Numbered from the stretch's first letter, positions 38,578 through 48,093 are shown. The stretch: 64,000 nucleotides of DNA from Paludibacteraceae bacterium (GCA_045599285.1 JAZRVR010000022.1:23036-87035), one strand, 5' to 3'. Notes: a model not told the origin generated them from the sequence alone. Translations and numbers: made by a program.

Positions 38578-39105
38578 ATGGCTTTAATCAAAACAATCAA
38601 CAGAAACGGCGAGATCCTGACACCGCAGATAGCAGACTCCGTCATCATGATGGAGAACGCTACTGTGGTGGGGGATGTCACCATTGGTGAGGGATCGACT
38701 TTGTGGTTCAATAGCGTCTTGCGTGGCGATGTCAATACCATCACGGTGGGTAAACATTGCAATATTCAGGATGGTAGCGTGCTGCATACACTCTATCAGA
38801 AATCCACCATCACTTTAGGCGACTACGTCAGCGTGGGGCATAACGTCACCATACATGGTGCTGATGTAGATGACTATGCTCTTATCGGAATGGGCGCCAC
38901 GCTCCTGGATGGTGCGCATGTGGGAAAGGGAGCTATCGTGGCTGCCGGAGCACTCGTGCTGAAAGGCACGCAGATTGGTGAGTACGAGATTTGGGGAGGT
39001 GTACCGGCTAAATTCATCAAGAAAGCTGATCCTGCACAAACTGCCGAAATCAACGAAAAGATTGCTAACAATTACGAGATGTATGCTTCGTGGTATCAGC
39101 AGTAG
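38578..39105 (+). CDS. gamma-carbonic-anhydrase-like / hexapeptide-repeat (LbH) protein
   Basis: 175 aa with left-handed beta-helix repeats (VIMMENATVVGDVTIGEGSTLWFNSVLRGDVN...IQDGSVLHT...VGHNVTIHG). I chose the start at ATG 38578; the 38464 extension overlaps tpiA. Confidence 0.8.
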   Translation: MALIKTINRNGEILTPQIADSVIMMENATVVGDVTIGEGSTLWFNSVLRGDVNTITVGKHCNIQDGSVLHTLYQKSTITLGDYVSVGHNVTIHGADVDDYALIGMGATLLDGAHVGKGAIVAAGALVLKGTQIGEYEIWGGVPAKFIKKADPAQTAEINEKIANNYEMYASWYQQ

Positions 39106-39159
39106 TCTTCCCCGAACTCCAAACATAACATCAACAAAACATCAATATAATCGATTCGT

Positions 39160-39864
39160 ATGTATCAGCGTATATTACTGAAACTCTCCGGTGAGAGTTT
39201 GATGGGCAAACAAGGATATGGTATCGACCCAGAGCGTCTGAACGCGTATGCCGAGCAGATCAAGACGATTGCTGACCTCGGAGTGCAGATTGGTATCGTC
39301 ATTGGCGGTGGTAATATCTTCCGTGGTCTGAGTGGTTCACAAAAAGGATTCGACCGTGTCAAGGGCGACCAGATGGGGATGCTCGCTACGGTCATTAACT
39401 CTCTCGCTCTCTCCTCGGCACTTGAGACCAAAGGACAGAAAGTGCGTGTGCTGACCGCTGTCCGCATGGAGCCGATTGGCGACTTCTACAATAAGGCGAA
39501 AGCTATTCGCCTCCTCAACAAAGGCAATGTCGTTATCATGGCTGCAGGCACAGGTAATCCGTACTTCACCACCGATACCGGCAGTTCGCTGCGTGCTATC
39601 GAGATTGAGGCGGATGTCATGTTCAAGGGCACACGTGTAGATGGTATCTACACCGCTGATCCCGAGAAGGATCCTACCGCCACGAAGTTCTCCGAGATTA
39701 CCTACGATGAGGTGCTCAGCCGTGGCCTTAAGGTCATGGATCTGACTGCCATCTGCATGTGCAAAGAGAACAATATGCCTATCTACGTCTTCAATATGGA
39801 TGTAGAGGGGAATCTTAAGAAAGTAATTGAGGGCGAGCCGATAGGCACGCTCGTAAAACCATAA
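39160..39864 (+). CDS. pyrH: UMP kinase
   Basis: YQRILLKLSGESL, VIGGGNIFRG, GTGNPYFTTD. Confidence 0.93.
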   Translation: MYQRILLKLSGESLMGKQGYGIDPERLNAYAEQIKTIADLGVQIGIVIGGGNIFRGLSGSQKGFDRVKGDQMGMLATVINSLALSSALETKGQKVRVLTAVRMEPIGDFYNKAKAIRLLNKGNVVIMAAGTGNPYFTTDTGSSLRAIEIEADVMFKGTRVDGIYTADPEKDPTATKFSEITYDEVLSRGLKVMDLTAICMCKENNMPIYVFNMDVEGNLKKVIEGEPIGTLVKP

Positions 39865-39891
39865 ATCGTCCAATCGTAAATAATAAAGATT

Positions 39892-40455
39892 ATGGAAGAA
39901 GAACTTAGTTTGTATGAGTCTGCTGCTGAGGAGCAGATGCAAGCTGCCGTCACACACTTAGACGAGGCGCTGAGCCATATTCGTGCTGGTAAGGCTAGTC
40001 CGAAACTTCTGGATGCTGTCCGTGTTGAGTACTATGGCACGATGTCGCCACTTAGTTCCGTGGCTACGGTGATGGTACCTGATGCACGTACGATTACTAT
40101 CCAACCTTGGGAGAAGAAACTCATTGGTGACATCGAGCGTGCTATCATCAATAGCAATATAGGTCTGGCTCCGTCCAACAATGGCGAACTCATTCGTCTC
40201 GTCATGCCACCTCTCACAGAGGAGCGTCGTCGCGAACTTTGCAAGCAATGTAAGGGCGAGGCAGAAACTGCCAAAATGTCGGTACGTAATGCACGTCGTG
40301 AGGCTATTGAGGAATACAAGAAAATGGTTAAAAAAGGTCTGCCTGAGGACGTTGAGAAGGATGCCGAGGAGGATATCCAGAAAACCCATGACAAGTATGT
40401 AGCAGAGATTGACAAACTATATGCTGCCAAGGAAAAGGAGATCATGACGGTTTAA
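39892..40455 (+). CDS. frr: ribosome recycling factor
   Basis: 187 aa: [31 protein letters not shown]. Confidence 0.93.
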   Translation: MEEELSLYESAAEEQMQAAVTHLDEALSHIRAGKASPKLLDAVRVEYYGTMSPLSSVATVMVPDARTITIQPWEKKLIGDIERAIINSNIGLAPSNNGELIRLVMPPLTEERRRELCKQCKGEAETAKMSVRNARREAIEEYKKMVKKGLPEDVEKDAEEDIQKTHDKYVAEIDKLYAAKEKEIMTV

Positions 40456-41498
40456 TGCGCGGACTGGTTACCAAATCAACCGGTAGTGCCTACAATGTCT
40501 ATTTGGATGATGGTACTACCATAGAGTGTCGTATCAAGGGCAACTTTAGGATTCGTGGTATTCGTTCCACGAATCCGGTTGCCGTGGGCGACTATGTCAC
40601 GGTGGTTCGGGACACTCCGAAGAAATCGCCCCTCTATGTGGAGGGACAAGGGGAGGTCTTCTGGATTACCGATATTGAGGAGCGACGCAATTATATCATC
40701 CGTCGCTCTACGAATCTTAGCAAAGAGAGCCATATCTTGGCTGCCAATTTGGACCAGGTTGCGCTCATTGTTACTATCAATCATCCTGTTACCAGCACTA
40801 CGTTCATTGATCGTTTTCTGGCTACAGCTGAGGCGTATCGCGTGCCTGCGATCCTTATATTTAATAAAGTGGACCTTCTCTCCGAGGATGAACTTGCTCT
40901 GCTCGCTGATCTGCGCAGTCTGTACGAGGGGCTCGGCTATACCACTTACGCAATTTCTGCAAAAGAAATGGCTGCTGTCTCCACTAATTCGCAGACCGAA
41001 TCGTCCCTTTGGGAGAGGGGACTACAGGGAGTCTTCTCCGGCAAAGTCACTTTGCTTAGTGGCAATTCTGGTGTAGGTAAATCTACATTACTGAATGCGT
41101 TGTTTGGGGAGGAGCGCACGCGTACGGGACTGATCAGTTCTGCGCACGACAAGGGTATGCACACCACAACCTTCTCAGAGATGTACAGACTCCCACTCCA
41201 ATCTCTCCCCTTGGAAGAGGAGTTGGAAGGGTCATCGAAGTCGGAGGGGGTCAGCTGGATTATTGACACACCGGGTATCAAGGGCTTTGGTAGTGTGCAT
41301 ATGGAGCGGGAGGAGGTAGGACACTATTTTCGCGAGATTTTCCGTATATCTGCGGACTGCCGCTATGGAAATTGCTTGCATTGTGGCGAACCCGGATGCG
41401 CAGTCCAATCTGCTGTCGTTGATGGCAGCATTGCTATTAGCCGTTTCGAGAGCTACATGTCCTTGCTTGGAGATTGTGACGAAGGCAAGTATCGGTAA
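40455..41498 (+). CDS. rsgA: ribosome small-subunit-dependent GTPase A
   Basis: OB domain, FNKVDLL, GNSGVGKSTLLNAL, DTPG, and the zinc knuckle CRYGNCLHCGEPGCAV. Start/stop overlap TAATG with frr. Confidence 0.9.
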   Translation: MRGLVTKSTGSAYNVYLDDGTTIECRIKGNFRIRGIRSTNPVAVGDYVTVVRDTPKKSPLYVEGQGEVFWITDIEERRNYIIRRSTNLSKESHILAANLDQVALIVTINHPVTSTTFIDRFLATAEAYRVPAILIFNKVDLLSEDELALLADLRSLYEGLGYTTYAISAKEMAAVSTNSQTESSLWERGLQGVFSGKVTLLSGNSGVGKSTLLNALFGEERTRTGLISSAHDKGMHTTTFSEMYRLPLQSLPLEEELEGSSKSEGVSWIIDTPGIKGFGSVHMEREEVGHYFREIFRISADCRYGNCLHCGEPGCAVQSAVVDGSIAISRFESYMSLLGDCDEGKYR

Positions 41499-41568
41499 TC
41501 CGTCTCTGCTCTGTCTCTGTCTCCGTCTCTCATTGGATGTTTTCGGTATTATCCCAATATCGACAGTA

Positions 41569-42426
41569 CTATCCCAATATACTTAGTAGAAATTCTCTCA
41601 CTACCTTGCAAGCTACTGCTGTACTTACACCGCTCTGATCCAGATTCGGCGCCAACTCATTGACATCGCATCCTACGATGTTTACGTTGTCGCATACCGT
41701 TTGTATGGCGTGTAGCAAATCCATAAAACCTACACCTCCTGCCTCCGGTGTTCCGGTGCCGGGAAAGATGCTGGGATCCAGCACATCCAGGTCTATGGTG
41801 AAATATACGTTCTTGCCGCGCAGCGATTCTGCTACCTCTTTTAGTCCATCGAAATTAAATGGATGCAGGTCTGTGTGACCTTCGCGTGCCCATATCCATT
41901 CAGGACGATCACCACTGCGAATGCCAAACTGGTGAATATGTCCATCACCCACCAGGTCATGACAGCGACGTATGACGGCTGCATGACTGAGTTCTACTCC
42001 CAGATATTCTTGTCTCAGGTCGGTATGGGCATCAAAGTGGATGATGTGTACATTGGGATAGCGTTTATATATCTCACGAAATGCGCCCAAAGTCACCAGG
42101 TGCTCACCTCCAATCATGAATGGCAATTTGCCATCGTCCAGTATCGTGGCCGTGCGTTCGCTGATTTGGTCCAGCGCTATTGTGCTGCTTCCCATCGATA
42201 ATTCGATGTCTCCACTATCAAATACAGCATAGTCTGTCAAGTCGCGATCTTGGTACGGACTGTAGGTCTCCAGTCCATAACTCTCCTGACGGATGGCGCG
42301 TGAACCAAAGCGGGTGCCTGGACGATAACTGGTGGTCGAGTCAAATGGTGCTCCAAATAGCACCACTTTTGCCTCGTCATATTCGGCATCGCAGCCGATA
42401 AAGGTGTCGATATTCTGTGGTAGCAT
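41569..42426 (-). CDS. speB: agmatinase (ureohydrolase family)
   Basis: 285 aa: IGGEHLVT, HFDAHTDLR, TIDLDVLDPS. Confidence 0.85.
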   Translation of the reverse strand: MLPQNIDTFIGCDAEYDEAKVVLFGAPFDSTTSYRPGTRFGSRAIRQESYGLETYSPYQDRDLTDYAVFDSGDIELSMGSSTIALDQISERTATILDDGKLPFMIGGEHLVTLGAFREIYKRYPNVHIIHFDAHTDLRQEYLGVELSHAAVIRRCHDLVGDGHIHQFGIRSGDRPEWIWAREGHTDLHPFNFDGLKEVAESLRGKNVYFTIDLDVLDPSIFPGTGTPEAGGVGFMDLLHAIQTVCDNVNIVGCDVNELAPNLDQSGVSTAVACKVVREFLLSILG

Positions 42427-42429
42427 AGT

Positions 42430-43293
42430 TTAGTCTTGTCGTTTCTCTACGTCTTTTAGTGCTCGCTCTACATATGCTGGCAGGGCGAAGCAACCTACAT
42501 GGAGATTGGTGGTATAGTAGTCCGTATGGATATTTAATGCATTCCATTCTTTGGCTTTTAAATCGGTCACAGGATGATACTTCTTGCTGGCAAATCCGAA
42601 TAGCCAATAGCCTGATGGATAGGATGGTATGTGTGCCTGATAGACGCGACTGATAGGGAAGGTGTTGTATATGCGCATGTGTGCCTTCTGCGTCTCTTTG
42701 CGGTCGTCGCTGTAGAATGGACTCTGATGTTGGTTCACCATGATGCCATCCTCGGTCAATGCTTTGTAGCATCCACCATAGAATTCACGAGTGAGCAAAC
42801 TCTCGCCTGGACCATAGAATCCGGCTGAATCTACGATGATGATGTCATACTCTTGTTCGATATGACGAATAAATCGTAGGGCATTCTCCGTGTAGATGGT
42901 CACGCGAGGGTCGTCCAGAGCTGCGGCTACTTCTGGGAAGAAGCGACGACAAGCCTCAATCACACCTTCGTTAATCTCCACCAGGTCTATTTTCTCTATA
43001 GATTTGTATTTCACCAGTTCATCAACTACGCCTCCGTCACCCGAACCAAATACCAATATGCGTTTGGCGGTGGGGTGAACGGCCATAGGTACATGAGCCA
43101 TCATTTCGTCGTAGATAAACTCGTCTTCTTCCGTGAAAACTATATAGCCATCCACGGCCATGAATTTGCCAAACTCCTGTGATTCAAATATATCTACACG
43201 ACCAAGGTCGTTCTCGTTCGTGTATAGATGCTTATCTACTTTTACAGAGAACTTGACGTTCTCGGTATGGTGTTCAGAAAACCAATATTCCAT
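42430..43293 (-). CDS. speE: spermidine synthase / polyamine aminopropyltransferase
   Basis: 287 aa: WFSEHH..., DEFIYDEMMAHVP, ILVFGSGDGGVV, IIIVDS. Confidence 0.85.
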   Translation of the reverse strand: MEYWFSEHHTENVKFSVKVDKHLYTNENDLGRVDIFESQEFGKFMAVDGYIVFTEEDEFIYDEMMAHVPMAVHPTAKRILVFGSGDGGVVDELVKYKSIEKIDLVEINEGVIEACRRFFPEVAAALDDPRVTIYTENALRFIRHIEQEYDIIIVDSAGFYGPGESLLTREFYGGCYKALTEDGIMVNQHQSPFYSDDRKETQKAHMRIYNTFPISRVYQAHIPSYPSGYWLFGFASKKYHPVTDLKAKEWNALNIHTDYYTTNLHVGCFALPAYVERALKDVEKRQD

Positions 43294-43294
43294 C

Positions 43295-44758
43295 TTAATA
43301 AACTGTACTTTCTTTAATCACATTTAGTCGCTCTACTTTTTCATCCTCAGGACCTGTTAGAGAGCATCCCTTCTCTTTCGCATAGAGTATATAGTCTATG
43401 ATTTCCTGCGTGATACGCTCGCCTGGGGCGAGGATAGGTATTCCTGGAGGATAGCACATCACAAACTCAGTACATATCTTACCATTGGTCTCGCGAATAG
43501 GGATCATCTCTTCTTTGGCTGCGTAGAATGCCTCTTGTGGGGTCATTACCACGGCGGGATTGATGTACTCGTGATCAAAGAGTCCGCTTCTGTCTTTCTT
43601 GTAGCGGCGTTTAATATCGATTAGGGCGGATACGAATCGCTCCACTTCGCGCATACGATCGCCTATCGAGATGTATGCCAGTACGTTACCCATATCGCCA
43701 AGTTCCAATTGTATGTCGTATTCGTCGCGCAGCAGGTCATAAACTTCGATGCCTGCAAGGCCGATATCCAATGTATATACGGTCAGTTTTGTCTCATCAA
43801 AATCATAGACCGAGTCGCCGTTGATCAGTTCGCGGCCATAGGCGTAGTAGCCGCCGATCTTGTTGATTTCTTTTCTTGCGTAGTCGGCTATTTCCACTAC
43901 CTTGCCGAACATCTCCTTTCCGCGTAGTGCCAGATTGCGTCGTGATATATCCAGACTGGCAATCAGCAGATACGAGGCGGAGGTCGTTTGGGTCAGGTTG
44001 ATGACTTGTCGCACGTAACCTGCACTCACATTAGGACCTGTCAGCAGAAACGAACTTTGAGTCAGACTACCGCCCGACTTGTGCATCGACACCGATGACA
44101 TGTCTGCGCCTGCTGCCATGGCGGTTACAGGCATGTTCTCGCCGAAGTAGAAGTGTGTTCCGTGTGCTTCATCCACCAGCACCAGCATGTTGTGCGCGTG
44201 CGCTATCTCTACTATCTTCTTTAGGTTAGAGCATATGCCGTAGTAAGTCGGGTTGTTGACGAGGATGGCTACTGCATCGGGATTCTCCTCTATGGCTTTT
44301 TCCACTTGCGAGATCTTCATACCCAATGCTATACCCAATCGCTTATCGGTATCTGGATTGACGTAGATAGGGGTCGCTCCATTGACAACCAACGCGTTGA
44401 TGACGGATCGGTGTACATTGCGTGGAAGGATGATTTTCTCTCCTGATTTGCATGCTGTTAGTACCATCGTCTGTACGGCAGAGGTGGTGCCTCCTACCAT
44501 TAGGAAGGCATGCGCTGCACCAAAGGCATCGGCGGCCAATGCCTCAGCTTCTTTGATTACGGATACCGGATGGCACAGGTTATCCAGAGGTTTCATCGAA
44601 TTGACATCCAATTCCACACATTGTTTGCCTAATAGTTTGACCAACTCTGGATTGCCTCGGCCGCGCTTGTGACCGGGGACATCAAACGGAACAACACGGT
44701 TCCTGCGAAATTCCTCTAACGCTTCGTAAACGGGGGCTTTGTCCTGATTCATGAGCAA
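43295..44758 (-). CDS. Orn/Lys/Arg decarboxylase, fold-I PLP type (Bacillus SpeA-like arginine decarboxylase candidate)
   Basis: 487 aa: FDVPGHKRG, the PLP-lysine motif SVSMHKSGGSLTQSS, and VDEAHG. It lies 1 nt upstream of speE. Confidence 0.75.
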   Translation of the reverse strand: MLMNQDKAPVYEALEEFRRNRVVPFDVPGHKRGRGNPELVKLLGKQCVELDVNSMKPLDNLCHPVSVIKEAEALAADAFGAAHAFLMVGGTTSAVQTMVLTACKSGEKIILPRNVHRSVINALVVNGATPIYVNPDTDKRLGIALGMKISQVEKAIEENPDAVAILVNNPTYYGICSNLKKIVEIAHAHNMLVLVDEAHGTHFYFGENMPVTAMAAGADMSSVSMHKSGGSLTQSSFLLTGPNVSAGYVRQVINLTQTTSASYLLIASLDISRRNLALRGKEMFGKVVEIADYARKEINKIGGYYAYGRELINGDSVYDFDETKLTVYTLDIGLAGIEVYDLLRDEYDIQLELGDMGNVLAYISIGDRMREVERFVSALIDIKRRYKKDRSGLFDHEYINPAVVMTPQEAFYAAKEEMIPIRETNGKICTEFVMCYPPGIPILAPGERITQEIIDYILYAKEKGCSLTGPEDEKVERLNVIKESTVY

Positions 44759-44798
44759 TATAAAATGCTATTTTATGCAAAGGATTATTATCGGGGTG

Positions 44799-44830
44799 CA
44801 AAGGTACTATTTTTTTTACATATTCGCAAA
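44799..44830 (-). promoter_or_regulatory. sigma-A type promoter of the decarboxylase-speE-speB operon
   Basis: Minus strand reads TTTG-CGAATATGTAAAAAAAATAG-TACCTTTG with a 20-nt spacer. Confidence 0.6.
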
Positions 44831-44846
44831 TTTTTTTGTGCTTTTA

Positions 44847-44878
44847 TTTGCACATGTCGCAAAAAAGTTGTATCTTTG
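44847..44878 (+). promoter_or_regulatory. sigma-A type promoter of the small Cys/His protein-TonB receptor unit
   Basis: TTTG-CACATGTCGCAAAAAAGTTG-TATCTTTG with a 20-nt spacer; the ATG is 10 nt after the -7 box. Confidence 0.6.
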
Positions 44879-44887
44879 CACTCACAA

Positions 44888-45214
44888 ATGAGAAAATGGT
44901 TCCTGCATATTGTTTCGATTGCTCTCTGCCTCTTCTTTTTGGTGGCAGGTACGGGTGTGAATATCCATTGCCATTGCAATCACCATTGCCACTCTCACTA
45001 TGTCCAACTATGTGATGAGGGTACTGTTGTGGTGGAGCAGGTGATACCTGCAAAGGCTGTGCACAACCTGCTATATGCTCAGCAGCCTTTGGCAGAAACC
45101 ATTCCCGTTATGTCTGCTCTTTTGTATCGGGGAGAGCATGTTCATGATGGACGCGTACCTATACCTGTTCCGATCCTTCAATTCCGACAATTATTGTGCA
45201 TGTGGCTGATTTAG
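44888..45214 (+). CDS. small membrane-anchored Cys/His-rich protein (108 aa), possibly a HYC_CC_PP-like family member
   Basis: MRKWFLHIVSIALCLFFLVAGTGVNIHCHCNHHCHSHYVQLCDEG...RVPIPVPILQFRQLLCMWLI. It has one N-terminal TM helix followed directly by the H/C cluster and a Pro-rich hydrophobic C-terminus. The start is set by the promoter position; the track ORF begins at 44765, upstream of the promoter. Confidence 0.55.
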   Translation: MRKWFLHIVSIALCLFFLVAGTGVNIHCHCNHHCHSHYVQLCDEGTVVVEQVIPAKAVHNLLYAQQPLAETIPVMSALLYRGEHVHDGRVPIPVPILQFRQLLCMWLI

Positions 45215-45286
45215 TGAGCAATACGTCGTATGTGCGGATGCGTCTGCACGTATTCAGGTTATTGCTAACTATTATCATATACATGT

Positions 45287-47626
45287 ATGAACAGATATTT
45301 CCTTTTATCGTTTGCGCTACTTTTGGCGCAGTCTAGTTTCGCACATATTCATGGTGTCGTTTTGGGTGATGACGGCGAGCCGTTGGTGGGAGCCAATGTC
45401 TATTGGGCTTTCTCTACGCAAGGTGTGGCTACTGATGTGGATGGCTCCTTCGAGATTGAACCTCTGCTGAATCATACCTATCTGGTTACCAGCTATATGG
45501 GCTATCATTCTGATACCACCCACGTCACCTCTGCCCGTCAACAACTCACCATCGTCCTCGTTAGCGACCTCATCATCGACGAGGTGACTATTACCGAGCG
45601 CAAGATGTCTCTCATCAAGTCCCGTACTGCTACTTTCGACACCCAGACTCTTGGGGCGGCGGAGTTGTGCAAGGCAGCATGCTGCAACCTCTCCGAGTCC
45701 TTCGAGACCAATGCCAGCGTCGATGTCGCATACGCGGATGCTGCCACCGGAGCAAAACAAATACGTTTGCTGGGCTTGAGCGGAACCTATGTGCAACTCC
45801 TTAGCGAGAACACTCCGGGCGTGCGCGGATTGGCACAAAATTTCGGTATGGAGTATATCCCGGGACCATGGATGGAGAGCATCCAGGTTAGCAAGGGAAC
45901 TTCCTCAGTCGTAAATGGTTACGAGGCTACTACCGGACAAATCAACGTCGAGTATCTCAAGCCGCAGACGCAGGACCCTATTGCCGTCAACGTCATGCTC
46001 AATTCCGAGTTGCACGGCGAGGTCAATGTTGAGGGTGGTTGGGCTGTTACCGACCGCCTCCATACCGGTATTCTTGCTCATTATCAGGGAGGTTTCATGG
46101 GAATGGATGAGAACAAAGATGGCTTCCTCGATATGCCGCAGTCGCAGCAGGGCAACCTTCTCAACCGCTGGTACTACAAGACGGACGACTACACGTTTCA
46201 GTTCCTTGCACGCGGACTCTACGACCAGCGTTTGGGTGGTCAACGCCCGATGACCGGTCACAAACAGCACCTGACCGACCCGTATCTCATCGACCTCACC
46301 ACCTGGCGCATCGATGGTTTCATGAAGAATGGCTACGTCTTTGACCAGGAAACAGGCTCCAGTATCGGCATCATCACGGCTGCCAGTTATCACGACCAGA
46401 CCAACCGCTATGGCCGTCGCGAGTGGAAGGCGAGTCAGGTCAATGCCTACCTCAATGCCATGTATCAGACTAATTTTGAGGGCGATTTCTCACGTGGACT
46501 CGACAACGACCACAAACTGACGGTCGGACTATCCCTCAATTACGATAAGTACAACGAACTCGTTGCCATCGACACCCTTGGCAATACGGACCTCACGCGT
46601 TGGGAGGTTACGCCAGGTATCTTTGCCGAATACACCCTCAAGTTGGACGAGTGGCTCAGTATGGTGGCTGGCGTGCGTGCCGACTACAGCAACCGCTACG
46701 GATTCTTCTTTACTCCGCGTCTCAATCTGCGAGTCGCACCTTGGGAGTGGTGGACGATTCGCGGCTCCGTTGGACTCGGTTATCGCAGTCCGAACATCAT
46801 CAGCGACAATGCCCAGTTCATGCCCAGTAACCGCCAATTTACACAAAGGGGTCTGACCCCCTTATGTAAAACTGGCAACTATTATGCTGATTTTGCCCAA
46901 GAACGTGCCCTCAATGTGGGCGCTTCTACCACTTTCTATATCCCGTTGGGTACTAAAGAGTTACAACTCAGTGGAGAGTATTACTTTACCAATTTTATGA
47001 ACGGAGTTATCGCCGACATGGATGCTGACAGGCATGGTGTCCTCTTCTATAACATTCGTGATGTGGGCGGGCGTTCGTTCTCGCACAACGCGCAGGTGGA
47101 AGCCACGATGGAGATTCTGCGTGGATGGACGATGACGGCTGCTTTTCGTTGGACGGATGTGCGTCAGTCCAGTTTCGTGGCTGGGGCTACGTTGACGGAT
47201 CCTTCAGTCTTGCAATTGCGCATGAAGCCGCTGACCAATCAGTTCAAGGGCGTGATTACCACCAGTTACCAGACTCCGCTCAAGAAGTGGCAGTTCGACG
47301 TTACCGCCCAATTCAATGGCGGCGGACGCATGCCGGATGGATTCAACGACTATTTCCTCACGACCCTCGGCAGCCATCAGTATTACGAGAAGAATGGCAG
47401 TCTATACTACAAGTGGTATCCACAACTCATGGCGCAGATTACCAAGTACTTCCGCACCTGCTCGCTGTATGTCGGCGCTGAGAACATGACCAATTTTCGG
47501 CAAGAAGACCCCATTGTTGATGCCGCGCAACCGTTTGGCACGGATTTTGACGCCAGTATGACGTGGGCGCCAACCACCGGTTGGAAAATCTATCTGGGCT
47601 TCCGTTGGGCTATAGATAAAGAGTAA
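45287..47626 (+). CDS. TonB-dependent outer-membrane receptor with N-terminal carboxypeptidase-regulatory-like domain
   Basis: 779 aa: signal peptide, HGVVLGDDGEPLVGANVYW (CarbopepD_reg-like), a plug region (ITERKMSLIKSR...SVDVAYADAATGAKQIRLLGLSG), then a long beta-barrel. Confidence 0.85.
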   Translation: MNRYFLLSFALLLAQSSFAHIHGVVLGDDGEPLVGANVYWAFSTQGVATDVDGSFEIEPLLNHTYLVTSYMGYHSDTTHVTSARQQLTIVLVSDLIIDEVTITERKMSLIKSRTATFDTQTLGAAELCKAACCNLSESFETNASVDVAYADAATGAKQIRLLGLSGTYVQLLSENTPGVRGLAQNFGMEYIPGPWMESIQVSKGTSSVVNGYEATTGQINVEYLKPQTQDPIAVNVMLNSELHGEVNVEGGWAVTDRLHTGILAHYQGGFMGMDENKDGFLDMPQSQQGNLLNRWYYKTDDYTFQFLARGLYDQRLGGQRPMTGHKQHLTDPYLIDLTTWRIDGFMKNGYVFDQETGSSIGIITAASYHDQTNRYGRREWKASQVNAYLNAMYQTNFEGDFSRGLDNDHKLTVGLSLNYDKYNELVAIDTLGNTDLTRWEVTPGIFAEYTLKLDEWLSMVAGVRADYSNRYGFFFTPRLNLRVAPWEWWTIRGSVGLGYRSPNIISDNAQFMPSNRQFTQRGLTPLCKTGNYYADFAQERALNVGASTTFYIPLGTKELQLSGEYYFTNFMNGVIADMDADRHGVLFYNIRDVGGRSFSHNAQVEATMEILRGWTMTAAFRWTDVRQSSFVAGATLTDPSVLQLRMKPLTNQFKGVITTSYQTPLKKWQFDVTAQFNGGGRMPDGFNDYFLTTLGSHQYYEKNGSLYYKWYPQLMAQITKYFRTCSLYVGAENMTNFRQEDPIVDAAQPFGTDFDASMTWAPTTGWKIYLGFRWAIDKE

Positions 47627-47702
47627 CCCCTTATCGACCCCTTATCGACCCCTTAGAAAAGTATGGGCGACCCACGGGCGACCCACGAGCGACCCACGGG
47701 TC
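47627..47702. repeat. two adjacent 11-bp arrays: CCCCTTATCGA x2.7 (47627-47656) and GGGCGACCCAC x3.4 (47665-47702)
   Basis: Read directly from the sequence. The first array starts on the base after the receptor TAA stop. Both arrays are reverse complements of the motif families at 4492/55176 and at 31269. Confidence 0.9.
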
Positions 47703-47743
47703 TGCTCTTTGTTCAAACATAACATCAACATAACATCACCACA

Positions 47744-48073
47744 ATGAAACGCTTACTATCATTAACCCTTACCGTAGTCTTATGCTGCGGCATGGCAATG
47801 GCCGAGAAGGCCACCGTCCTCTTTGCAGTTGATTTACATTGCGATGGCTGCGTCAAGAAAGTAGAGAAGAATATCGCCTTTGAGAAGGGCGTCAAGGACC
47901 TCGTCTGCGACCTCAAGAAAAAGACCGTCCTCGTCACCTACGACACCAACAAAACCGACGTCAAGACCCTGCAGGCTGCCTTCGAGAAGATAGGCAAACC
48001 GGCTACTGTCAAGTCGTCGTCCGCTGAGAAGAAGTCCGCAGACGCGACATCTTCAGCAACTACCTTGCAATAA
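47744..48073 (+). CDS. secreted heavy-metal-associated (HMA) domain protein
   Basis: 109 aa with signal peptide MKRLLSLTLTVVLCCGMAMA, then an HMA fold with a metal-binding CxxC (VDLHCDGCVKKVEKNI...VTYD...LQAAFEKIGKPA) and a Ser-rich tail. Confidence 0.8.
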   Translation: MKRLLSLTLTVVLCCGMAMAEKATVLFAVDLHCDGCVKKVEKNIAFEKGVKDLVCDLKKKTVLVTYDTNKTDVKTLQAAFEKIGKPATVKSSSAEKKSADATSSATTLQ

Positions 48074-48093
48074 ATTGCAATTGAATGAGAAGA

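Noticed and set aside
41501-41530. A (GTCTCT)n-like hexamer run (about 5 copies) lies between the convergent rsgA and speB ends.
   Set aside because: It is a short, imperfect simple-sequence tract with irregular units (6, 5, 6, 6, 6). It shares no core with the 11-bp family, and I cannot support any function for it.
39120-47739. A near-identical 26-nt A/C-rich element (CAAACATAACATCAACA(A/T)AACATCA) occurs upstream of pyrH (39120-39145) and upstream of the HMA gene (47714-47739).
   Set aside because: There are only two copies. A/C-rich, G-poor 5' leaders are the norm before start codons in this window (for example before pgk and the first C10 gene), so a low-complexity coincidence is plausible. 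It is worth a genome-wide k-mer check but is not supportable as a feature.
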